Virus record (IMG/VR): IMGVR_UViG_3300010338_000756
Reading direction: 5' to 3' (one strand)
Length of the DNA stretch: 20,000 nucleotides
From: an uncultured virus (IMG/VR IMGVR_UViG_3300010338_000756)
Taxonomy: Duplodnaviria; Heunggongvirae; Uroviricota; Caudoviricetes
A program made the translations under genes and the position numbers. The notes beneath the pieces were generated by a model. It was given only the letters and a program-made list of their open reading frames with translations, was not told the DNA's origin and made no database searches. Shown one piece after another: positions 7,735 through 14,819 of this stretch (its first letter is position 1; the number at the start of each line of letters is the position of its first letter).

Positions 7735-8329
7735 CCCGGGCGCCCCGCCGCCCCGGCTCCGGGGCCACCGCCCCGCCCCCTGCCCCGGGGGCCCGTCTCT
7801 CCGAACCCCAAGGATCGGAGGGAGGGAGGGAGCGGCCCGGCACGGCCAGAACTCCTGAGGCCGCCTGACGGACAGCGAGGGGTCTCGCAGCCGCAGCGGC
7901 GCTCAGGTTTCCGGCTTGCGCTTGCGCGCCCGAGGACCGTCGGTCGGTCGGTCACACCCGGTCGAGGCTGGCGCGTGTTCCGCCCCTCGCTGATCGGACT
8001 TGCCCCGGGAACGCCGGGTCTCTGCATGGTGCCGATAGTCAGCCACTCTTCCCGTCGTCCCGCACAGCCTAGCATTTCAGTGCCGGGCCGAGATCGACAG
8101 GCGACCGCCCCATATCCATCGCCCGCTTTGCAGCGCCCCATCCTGCGGGCTATGTCGCGTCGAGGCCGGATCGTGACCCCGGGACCAATCCCGGGAGAAC
8201 GCTTGAACCCCTGCGGCGACGGAGCGCCGTGAGGCGCCCTGTCGCGCTGGCTCGGTGATCAGGCATCACAGCATCGGCCAGCACACGAGGGGCGATATAC
8301 CGCCGCCTGATGCCCGGGGTCAACCGGCA

Positions 8330-8400
8330 TAGGTATAAATACCTACCCCGAGGGCGCAGGTGAGGGCACCGGCCCGGCCGATGTAGGTAGAAATACCTAC
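8330..8400. repeat. Two copies of the palindrome TAGGTA-(T/G)AAA-TACCTA, 54 bp apart
   Basis: 8330-8345 taggtataaataccta and 8383-8400 gtaggtagaaatacctac. Both are followed by C-runs. Confidence 0.9.
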
Positions 8401-8582
8401 CCGGCGCGGGCCGGCATGGCGACCGGGCGAACCTGCCGGACCATCGAGCAGTAGGACACCAGCTTGGTCGCGAGGTTGTCGATCTCGGGTTCCGAGCGAC
8501 GCTCACGCGCAGCCAGCACCAGCTCGCGCAAGCGTTCCAGTTCAGCCGTGGTGAAATTTGTCGGGAAGCCCATGCGTTCCAC
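8397..8582 (-). CDS. Small hypothetical helical protein (about 61 aa)
   Basis: GAGGAG 8 nt before the GTG at 8582, with a promoter upstream. Amphipathic TTAELERLRELVLAARE segment. Confidence 0.55.
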   Translation of the reverse strand: MERMGFPTNFTTAELERLRELVLAARERRSEPEIDNLATKLVSYCSMVRQVRPVAMPARAG

Positions 8583-8590
8583 GTGGAACA
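8575..8590. promoter_or_regulatory. parS-like palindrome (TGTTCCACGTGGAACG on the minus strand)
   Basis: Perfect 14-bp palindrome GTTCCACGTGGAAC, 15/16 identical to TGTTCCACGTGGAACA-type chromosomal parS. Confidence 0.6.
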
Positions 8591-8609
8591 CTCCTCTGCA
8601 ACTGGACCG

Positions 8610-8639
8610 ATTCTCTCACAGCGCGCAATCCGATGACAA
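8610..8639 (-). promoter_or_regulatory. Leftward promoter (TTGTCA-N18-GAGAAT, extended TGTG), related to family A
   Basis: Its -10 region is a 17/19 inverted copy of the rightward promoter's -10 region. Confidence 0.5.
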
Positions 8640-8669
8640 ACACGCGACGTATCGTGTATATCCCCGCTG

Positions 8670-8698
8670 TTGCGTCTTGTGTCGCGTTGTGGGAGAAT
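8670..8698 (+). promoter_or_regulatory. Rightward promoter, family A (TTGCGT-N17-GAGAAT, extended TGTG)
   Basis: 21/26 identical to 14286-14311 across the -35 box and spacer. Heads the plus-strand gene block. Confidence 0.65.
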
Positions 8699-8733
8699 CG
8701 GCCTGTCAGGCAAAAAACCGCGGGAGATCAACG

Positions 8734-8997
8734 ATGAAGGTCATGCGATGGCACACGCACGAGGGCTGGCGCTGCGCAATTGTGAAGCCCGGGCGCACCA
8801 AGCTGCATGTGCTGACGATGGAAGACTTCGGGGTGCGCCATCACGCCGTACCGCTGGACGAGGAACGGCACATGCTGCCGCTCACGCATCGCGGGCGGGA
8901 GTACCCGCTGGCCCGGGCGCGGCGCATCTTCTCCGCCTTCGGGCGTGAGCGCGGCATCACGGCCGCGGCCAAGGAAATTCTTGAGGAAGCGACGTGA
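8734..8997 (+). CDS. Hypothetical protein (87 aa)
   Basis: GGGAG RBS before the ATG at 8734. Coupled by GTGA to the next gene. Confidence 0.75.
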   Translation: MKVMRWHTHEGWRCAIVKPGRTKLHVLTMEDFGVRHHAVPLDEERHMLPLTHRGREYPLARARRIFSAFGRERGITAAAKEILEEAT

Positions 8998-9980
8998 TGC
9001 GATCCAGCAAGATGATGTTCTTGAGCGATTCGCACCGCCCTGCGCCGGTTGAATTCGCGCACGCCTTGCGCCGCTTCTCCGAGGATCAGAGCCAGTCGGA
9101 CGAACAGCGGGTGTTCTGGTCCGCGCTGGCCGCCAGCGCCGCTCGCGCGCAGGTCTTCGATTTCGGGCGGATGCCCGACGCGGTTGTGCGGTCTGAGGCT
9201 ATCCGCGGCGCACAATTCTGGTCGGCCGGCTTCCTGCGCCTGCCGTTCCCTTCGTCCCTGTTCTGGTACACGATTGACCTTGATCGAGACAGCGACCAGC
9301 CGCTCCGAGAGCACCACATCGACAAGTACCGTTACGCGACGCTCTGCGTCGATGTCGCCGCGGTCGGCGGATTCCCGCAGCTACCGGAGAACAAGCCCTC
9401 GGTTCTCGCGGTCGATTTCATGGTGGTCCCGCCCGAGTTTCGCGTCACTCAATCGGCCCGCACGACGATGGCTGTGAGTTGCGCCGGACATATCTGCGAC
9501 TGCGACGAGGGCCGATACAGGGGCGTCGCCTACTACTCCTGCGTCGACTCGAAGCACAACAGCACGATGCTCGGGTCGCTCGCGGACGGCATGATCAGCA
9601 TGTGCATGATCCTGTCCACCCGCGGGGTGCCCACGAGGGTCGCAGAGCCGCCTGTCCGGCTGAACGCCAAGCGTGCTCGCTCAGGCAAGCCGCCGCTGGT
9701 GCGCGTCACGCACGTCGATACCGGGCTGTACTACCGCGCGCTCGCCGAGGCGGATCGGCCTCGCGGCACGCACAAGAGCCCGGTCCCGCATCTGCGCCGC
9801 GGCCACATTCGCCGGCTGCCGTCTGGCGATACGTGGGTGCGCGACGCCGTGGTCAACGCACGCTCGTCCGCCGAGGTCGAGGCGCGCGACCACTATGACG
9901 TGTCTGCGTTGACACAGGTCGCCACACGGACTTACAGTGCAACCACGGCACAACACGAGGTACACCATGAGCAGGAATGA
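8994..9980 (+). CDS. Hypothetical phage protein with a C-terminal SPxPHxRRGHxR motif
   Basis: 328 aa ORF. The RLNAKRARSGKPPL...HKSPVPHLRRGHIRRL...WVRDAVVN motif recurs in phage proteins of unknown function. Confidence 0.75.
   Translation: MMRSSKMMFLSDSHRPAPVEFAHALRRFSEDQSQSDEQRVFWSALAASAARAQVFDFGRMPDAVVRSEAIRGAQFWSAGFLRLPFPSSLFWYTIDLDRDSDQPLREHHIDKYRYATLCVDVAAVGGFPQLPENKPSVLAVDFMVVPPEFRVTQSARTTMAVSCAGHICDCDEGRYRGVAYYSCVDSKHNSTMLGSLADGMISMCMILSTRGVPTRVAEPPVRLNAKRARSGKPPLVRVTHVDTGLYYRALAEADRPRGTHKSPVPHLRRGHIRRLPSGDTWVRDAVVNARSSAEVEARDHYDVSALTQVATRTYSATTAQHEVHHEQE
9909..9938 (+). promoter_or_regulatory. Sigma70-like promoter, family B (TTGACA-N18-TACAGT), for the recT operon
   Basis: Consensus -35 box, followed by ACGGCACAACAC, GAGG and the ATG at 9967. 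Confidence 0.7.
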
Positions 9981-10989
9981 TGATCGGCGCCCCGAGGCGC
10001 CGTCCGAAGCGGCACTGTCCAAGCAAATTGCGGTTGCCGCCCCCGCGTTTCGATCCGCCAGTGACGCGCTCGCGCGATCCGGCGAACTGCCTCCGCTGCA
10101 ATGGGAATCGGAGAGCCTGTTCGCCCTGCGTCGCATCATGGACGACCCGAACTTGCAAGCCGCTGCGCCTGACAGTCTCGTCGATGCGCTCACGACGGTC
10201 GGCAGCTTGGGCCTGACGCTGAACCCGGTGAAGCAGCACGCGGCGCTGCTGGCCCGCTATGACCGGAAGTCCGGGGCATATCAGGCGAGCGTCATGGTCA
10301 TGTATCGCGGGCTGCTGTGGCTCGCGCGCCGCGCCGGCGTCCACGACATCGTGGCAGACGTGGTGTACTCGGCCGACCGCTTCTCGCTCAAGCGCACGCA
10401 CGAGGGCGATCATTTCGAGCACGAGATCGCGTTCGCGACGCCCCGGGACGGGGAGCAGAATAAGTTCGTCGGCTGCTACGTCGCCGCCACGATGCCGGGC
10501 AGCACGCTGCCCAAGGTCGAATGGGTGCCGGCCGAGGACATCTACCGTATCCGAGCGCAGTCCGATTCCTACATCGACCGCAGGACCGGCGAGGTCCGGC
10601 AGAACTCGGGGTGGGTGCGCTGGTTCGATGAATTCGCGAAGAAGGCCGCCATCAAGCGCGCCCAAAAGCGATGGGAGAGCGACAAGGCCGATTCGCCCGC
10701 GTGGACGCACTTGCAGCGCGCCGTGGACATCGACAACCGCACCGAGAAAGTGGTCGAGGATGACAACGTGATCGAGGGCACGGTCATCCCGCCTGAGCCG
10801 TCGCTGTCGCCCGAACAGGTCGCCGAGATCACGGAATACGCTGGCCCGACACTCGTGCGCAAGATCGTCGCGGCCTACGATGTCACCAAGCTGGACGAGA
10901 TTCCGGCCAGCAAGTACGCCGAGATCAAGCAGCGAGTCGCCGCTGCAAAACAGATGATGGAGCAGCGTCGCCGGAGCGCCGCCCAATGA
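9967..10989 (+). CDS. recT: RecT/Red-beta-family ssDNA annealing protein
   Basis: SLGLTLNP, MYRGLLWLARRAG, ADVVYSADRF, VGCYVAA, IYRIRAQS and WVRWFDEFAKKAAIKRAQKRW. GAGG RBS before 9967. Confidence 0.9.
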   Translation: MSRNDDRRPEAPSEAALSKQIAVAAPAFRSASDALARSGELPPLQWESESLFALRRIMDDPNLQAAAPDSLVDALTTVGSLGLTLNPVKQHAALLARYDRKSGAYQASVMVMYRGLLWLARRAGVHDIVADVVYSADRFSLKRTHEGDHFEHEIAFATPRDGEQNKFVGCYVAATMPGSTLPKVEWVPAEDIYRIRAQSDSYIDRRTGEVRQNSGWVRWFDEFAKKAAIKRAQKRWESDKADSPAWTHLQRAVDIDNRTEKVVEDDNVIEGTVIPPEPSLSPEQVAEITEYAGPTLVRKIVAAYDVTKLDEIPASKYAEIKQRVAAAKQMMEQRRRSAAQ

Positions 10990-11645
10990 GCCGCGCCGTA
11001 TTCGATGATTCGCCGCAGGGATCGCCGGGCTGGCACCGCGCCCGCCGCGGCAAGATCACGGGCACCCGGATCAAGACCATCATGCACGGCACCCCGAAGG
11101 GCTGGAACACGCTGCTCGACACCCTGCGGCACGAGATCGAGCACCCGGACGCCGAGGTCGCCGATGCGCCGTTTGTGTCCGCGGACGTGGAACACGGTCG
11201 CAAGTACGAGCCCGTGGCTCGCGCCAATGCTGAGCTGCAACTGTGCGAGGACTTCGAGCTGGTCGGATTCGCGCAGCATCCCGACTTTCCGTTCCTCGGA
11301 GTGTCGTCGGACTTCATGGCGCTGGACCGCACCGTGAACGGCGAGATCAAGTGCCCGCGCGACATCCGCAACTTCAACGCCGTGCGCTTCTCGCAACGCC
11401 TGCCGGACGAATACTACCCGCAGGTGCAGCTACAGATGTTCGTGCATGGCGTGGATCGCACGATCTTCGTCTGCCATCACCCGGACGCGGGCGACTGGCG
11501 AATCAATACCATCGTGCTGAACGTCTACAGCGACGCCGAATATCAGGCCGCGATGCTGGATCGCTGCCAAGCGTTCATGGCCGCCGTGCGAGGCGCCGCG
11601 CCCATGATCACGGACGACACGCCCGGCGTGCCGCTCATTTTCTGA
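10986..11645 (+). CDS. YqaJ / lambda-exonuclease-family nuclease (copy 1)
   Basis: QGSPGWHRARRGKITGT, HGRKYEPVAR, GVSSD, EIKCP and YYPQVQLQM. Confidence 0.92.
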   Translation: MSRAVFDDSPQGSPGWHRARRGKITGTRIKTIMHGTPKGWNTLLDTLRHEIEHPDAEVADAPFVSADVEHGRKYEPVARANAELQLCEDFELVGFAQHPDFPFLGVSSDFMALDRTVNGEIKCPRDIRNFNAVRFSQRLPDEYYPQVQLQMFVHGVDRTIFVCHHPDAGDWRINTIVLNVYSDAEYQAAMLDRCQAFMAAVRGAAPMITDDTPGVPLIF

Positions 11646-11658
11646 AGGAAGGACTGCG

Positions 11659-12429
11659 ATGAATACCGAGAATACCGAAGCTGCTGATTTCACCCCGATG
11701 TCGCCGACCGCCATGCTGGCGGCGTCCGATACCATTTCCATCGCCCCGGCCTTCGAGATCGCCCGCTCGCTGGCGCCGATGAAGACCGCCGCGGATTCGC
11801 TGCTGGAACAGGCCAAGCGCGCCGAGGTTCACGATCAGGAATCCGCGGACAAGGCGTCACTGTTCCTGAGCGTGGTCAAGAACAAGGCCGACCGACTCGA
11901 AAGCTACCGGCGCTCGGTCAAGAAGCCCGTAGACGATTACGCTGCATTCATCCAAAGCCTGTTCCGGCCCATCTCGGACTGCCTGTCCGATGCGAAGAAG
12001 CTCGTGTCGTCCAAGGCGAGCGACTACCTCGTCGAGCAGGAGCGCAAGTTGCGCGAGGAACGCGAGGCCGAACGTCGCCGGCAGGAAGAGGCCGCGCTGA
12101 AGATCGCCGCCGAGGCCGAGGCCGCTGGCGATGCGGCCGGCGCCGAGATGATCCTCGATGCCAGTCTCAAGCAGAAGCCCGAGCCCAAGTCGGCGACCCC
12201 GCCGCAGGTCACGAACAGTCTCGGCGGCAAGCTCGGCCTGCGCCGGACGTGGAAGGGCACTGTCGCGAGCCCCGAGACCGTACTGCGCGCCATCCTCGAT
12301 GGCCGCCTGCCGTGGTCCCTGATCTCGTGGAATCAGGCCGCACTGAATGAGGTCGCCCGCGGGATCGGGCAGGAAGGCGTGTTCGTCGGCGTGCGCTGCG
12401 ATCACGTCGCGTCGGCATCCGTTCGCTGA
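11659..12429 (+). CDS. Phage coiled-coil protein in the recombination module (DUF1351/Gp157-like architecture, family uncertain)
   Basis: Long helical N-terminal region (RRSVKKPVDD...F), charged linker, and C-terminal RRTWKGTV...NQAALNEVAR...GVR. Confidence 0.7.
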   Translation: MNTENTEAADFTPMSPTAMLAASDTISIAPAFEIARSLAPMKTAADSLLEQAKRAEVHDQESADKASLFLSVVKNKADRLESYRRSVKKPVDDYAAFIQSLFRPISDCLSDAKKLVSSKASDYLVEQERKLREEREAERRRQEEAALKIAAEAEAAGDAAGAEMILDASLKQKPEPKSATPPQVTNSLGGKLGLRRTWKGTVASPETVLRAILDGRLPWSLISWNQAALNEVARGIGQEGVFVGVRCDHVASASVR

Positions 12430-12451
12430 ATTGTTCTGAGAGGATCGAATC

Positions 12452-12904
12452 ATGTCACGCGGAGTCAACAAGGTCATTCTGGTCGGTCACGTCGGTCGCG
12501 ACCCCGAGGTTCGGGTTCTCGCCGCATCCGGTTCCAAGGTCGCCGATTTCTCCCTCGCCGCCACTGAGCAGTGGAAGACGCGCGACGGCGAGAAGAAGGA
12601 ACGCACGGAATGGGTGCGGATCGCGGCATTCGGCACGCTTGCCGAGATCGTCGAGAAGTACGTCACGAAGGGCACGCAACTGTTCTGCTGCGGACGGCTG
12701 CGCACCGAGAAGTGGCAGGACAAGGGCGGTAATGACCGCTACACCACCAAGGTCTATCTCGATGAGATGACGCTGCTCGGCGGCGGGAACCGCGCCGACC
12801 GCCCGCCGCGCGACGATGACCGTCACCCCCCGGTTGTCACGCATGGCGCCAACGCGCCGGACGAGGACGCCGAGGACGACTTCGATGACGATGTGCCGTT
12901 CTGA
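12452..12904 (+). CDS. ssb: Single-stranded DNA-binding protein
   Basis: RGVNKVILVGHVGRDPEVR, ERTEW, GRLRTEKWQDK and the acidic tail DFDDDVPF. Confidence 0.97.
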   Translation: MSRGVNKVILVGHVGRDPEVRVLAASGSKVADFSLAATEQWKTRDGEKKERTEWVRIAAFGTLAEIVEKYVTKGTQLFCCGRLRTEKWQDKGGNDRYTTKVYLDEMTLLGGGNRADRPPRDDDRHPPVVTHGANAPDEDAEDDFDDDVPF

Positions 12905-13173
12905 TGGAGACGCCCATGGCCTACCGCAAACAGTACGCCGACCCGGACATCCGGATGATCTCGACTGACGACACGCCGCCGCCGCCGCGTGAGAAGTGGC
13001 CATTCCGGCTGCTCGACGTGGGTCAGGGATTCGAGACGACCGAGCTTGGCTACCACATGGCGCTGCGCTCGGCCGCGACCCGCTACGGCAAGAAGCTGCG
13101 CCGCAAGTTCTCGGTGCGCAAGATGCTCAACGTCGAGAATGAGCTGGTGATCGCAGTGTTTCGAGAGCGATGA
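12904..13173 (+). CDS. Small basic putative DNA-binding protein
   Basis: KWPFRLLDVGQGF...LRSAATRYGKKLRRKFSVRK matches a pattern common in small phage proteins (KYPF..meVGDSF). Confidence 0.7.
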   Translation: METPMAYRKQYADPDIRMISTDDTPPPPREKWPFRLLDVGQGFETTELGYHMALRSAATRYGKKLRRKFSVRKMLNVENELVIAVFRER

Positions 13174-14171
13174 TTCTCATGGCGGCTACCAAGATCATCA
13201 TCAATGTCATCGATTCGAGCGATGCGGCGAGTGAGACGATTCACGGCGCGACGCTTTTTCCGGACGCGCAGTATGCCGTGCTCTACGACCCGTCGCCTGC
13301 GGAAGTGCGGTATCCGGTGCGCGTAGGTAACGGCGAGCGCGCGTGGCGCTCATTCCGCTACGTCTCCCCGCTCGCAGTCCGTGGTCGTGCCCCCACGTAC
13401 CTGCACAGCACCGTCACCGTGGACCCGGTTCGCCTGATGGACGAGATTTACGCCCATCGCGACCATCGCCCCATCGTGTACATTCACCCCGATGCGCCGC
13501 TCGTGATGCCGCCGCTGCCGAGCCACTACGAGCGCCTGCGTCGCTCGCGTGAGCCCGCGGCATACAGACCGACCGCGGCCTCGATCTTCCAGTGGAAGGA
13601 CATGCTCGCTCACGAAGTCCTGCCCCACGATAACCACTTGTTCGGCCGGGGCGAGCGTGCGCGCTTCGAGTTCTATCGCGCCGCGCTGGACGGACTGAGC
13701 AACGTCGTGCGACTGAGCACCCTGTCGTCCATGAAGAGCTATTCCCTGCGGCTGTCCAGCGTGTACGAGATGGCTGACCATCCGTCCGGCCCTGACAGTG
13801 GAATGCGAGGGGCGCACAAGGTTCTGAGCACACTGCCGGATCGAGAACTGAGCGACGCTACCGCGTACTACGTCACCCGCCTGCGCTCGACAGCGAAGAC
13901 CGACGTGCGCGACTTCGCACACAAGGTCGCGGCGATGGCGTCCGATGACCTGTGCGGCGACGGCAACACGGCCATGCAGTTGCCGGGGAGAATGGTGCTC
14001 GTGCTGACCGGCGTGGACGAAGTGACCGATGACCTGTTCATCTTCATGGACACCATCGAGGCCCACCCGTTCTTCAAGAAGCTCAGATGGCCCGATGAGA
14101 CGTACATTCAGGACACAAGTGGTGTGATCCGCGTGGTCCGCTCGTTCCGCTATGGCACCGCCGAAGCGTAA
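13170..14171 (+). CDS. Degenerate adenylosuccinate synthetase (PurA/PurZ)-like protein lacking catalytic motifs
   Basis: Colinear similarity to PurA: AQYAVLY~AKYVVRY, NGER~NGEK, VTVDPVRLMDEI~VVLSPAALMKEM, APLVM~CPLIL, YYVTR, LTGVDEV~LTKLDVL. No GDEGKG or GHT motif. The ORF is solid; the fold call is by eye. Confidence 0.55.
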   Translation: MILMAATKIIINVIDSSDAASETIHGATLFPDAQYAVLYDPSPAEVRYPVRVGNGERAWRSFRYVSPLAVRGRAPTYLHSTVTVDPVRLMDEIYAHRDHRPIVYIHPDAPLVMPPLPSHYERLRRSREPAAYRPTAASIFQWKDMLAHEVLPHDNHLFGRGERARFEFYRAALDGLSNVVRLSTLSSMKSYSLRLSSVYEMADHPSGPDSGMRGAHKVLSTLPDRELSDATAYYVTRLRSTAKTDVRDFAHKVAAMASDDLCGDGNTAMQLPGRMVLVLTGVDEVTDDLFIFMDTIEAHPFFKKLRWPDETYIQDTSGVIRVVRSFRYGTAEA

Positions 14172-14286
14172 CCAGCGGCGCACACCGCCGCGCCCGCCGC
14201 CGCTGATCCGCTCGGTTGAGGGCAGGGTCATGCTGATCCTGCTCGGCGCATGGATCGCGTTCCTCGTGTGGGAGATCATTCGATAG
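14152..14286 (+). CDS. Small single-TM peptide, 44 aa (MAPPKRNQRRTPPRPPPLIRSVEGRVMLILLGAWIAFLVWEIIR); not in the ORF track
   Basis: ATG at 14152 (alternative 14230) to TAG at 14284-14286. Basic/Pro-rich N-terminus and a hydrophobic helix. Confidence 0.45.
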   Translation: MAPPKRNQRRTPPRPPPLIRSVEGRVMLILLGAWIAFLVWEIIR

Positions 14287-14289
14287 CTG

Positions 14290-14318
14290 TTGCCTTCTGT
14301 TTCGCGGTGTGATACGGT
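14290..14318 (+). promoter_or_regulatory. Promoter, family A (TTGCCT-N17-TACGGT, extended TGTG)
   Basis: Homologous to the promoters at 1769 and 8670. Followed by a CACTAGGAGA leader/RBS that also precedes DUF932. Confidence 0.62.
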
Positions 14319-14355
14319 CACGCATAGCTTCTCGATAGGCACTAGGAGACGCACC

Positions 14356-14580
14356 ATGCACCTCACCGATGCTGTCGCGATCATGTACGCCACGCGCGAC
14401 CGCGACCTGAACCCGCCCGCTGGCATGACCGAATCCGAGGAACGCTACGAACAGCGCCAGTTCCAGCTCTACGTCGAGCAGGAACGCGAGCGTCTGGTGC
14501 GCGAGTTCCTGCGCGCTTACGATGACATGTTCGTTGACTTCTGCCTCGACAAGTTCGAGGCTGAGGAAGGAGGTGCGTGA
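14356..14580 (+). CDS. Small acidic protein, paralogue 1 of 3 (74 aa)
   Basis: AGGAG RBS. Shares an F-x2-Y-x6-RL-x3-F-x7-F-x2-F-x4-F/Y pattern with the ORFs at 15193 and 15872. Confidence 0.78.
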   Translation: MHLTDAVAIMYATRDRDLNPPAGMTESEERYEQRQFQLYVEQERERLVREFLRAYDDMFVDFCLDKFEAEEGGA

Positions 14581-14819
14581 TGGCCCGTCCGAGCTACCGC
14601 GAAGCCGTGAAGTGGCTTTCCAACTTCCGCGATTCCAAGATCGACCGCGACACGAATGCGGACCTGTCTGACGTTCCGTTCGTCGCCGGCCAGCTCGTCA
14701 CGATGCTGGTCGCCGACCTGTGGGGCCAGTCGGCGGAACGAGTCGCCAACGACGTGCTGCGCTACGAAGGAACAGGACGTGACGACCCCGTTGCGACGGT
14801 TAGGAGCTACGGCGAATGA
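14577..14819 (+). CDS. Hypothetical phage protein (80 aa)
   Basis: GGAGG RBS and GTGATG coupling. SYREAVKWL...LVADLWG...VANDVLR. Confidence 0.75.
   Translation: MMARPSYREAVKWLSNFRDSKIDRDTNADLSDVPFVAGQLVTMLVADLWGQSAERVANDVLRYEGTGRDDPVATVRSYGE

Noticed and set aside
7860..7915. Multi-stem junction with CTGA and GAAA as a hammerhead ribozyme
   Set aside because: The core CUGANGA, GAAA and UH elements are not present in the required order on either strand.
7645..8232. ORFs 7645..8232 (+), 7665..8141 (-) and 8150..8731 (-)
   Set aside because: Pro/Arg/Gly low-complexity translations of repeats and hairpins, with no RBS or domain features.
8330..8402. Twin palindromes as a CRISPR mini-array
   Set aside because: Only two copies of about 19 bp, shorter than typical CRISPR repeats, with no leader or cas context. 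Kept as an operator/hairpin finding instead.
13170..14171. Functional PurZ (Z-genome) call
   Set aside because: Lacks the GxxGKG P-loop and the catalytic His, and no datZ/mazZ-like genes are seen in the window.
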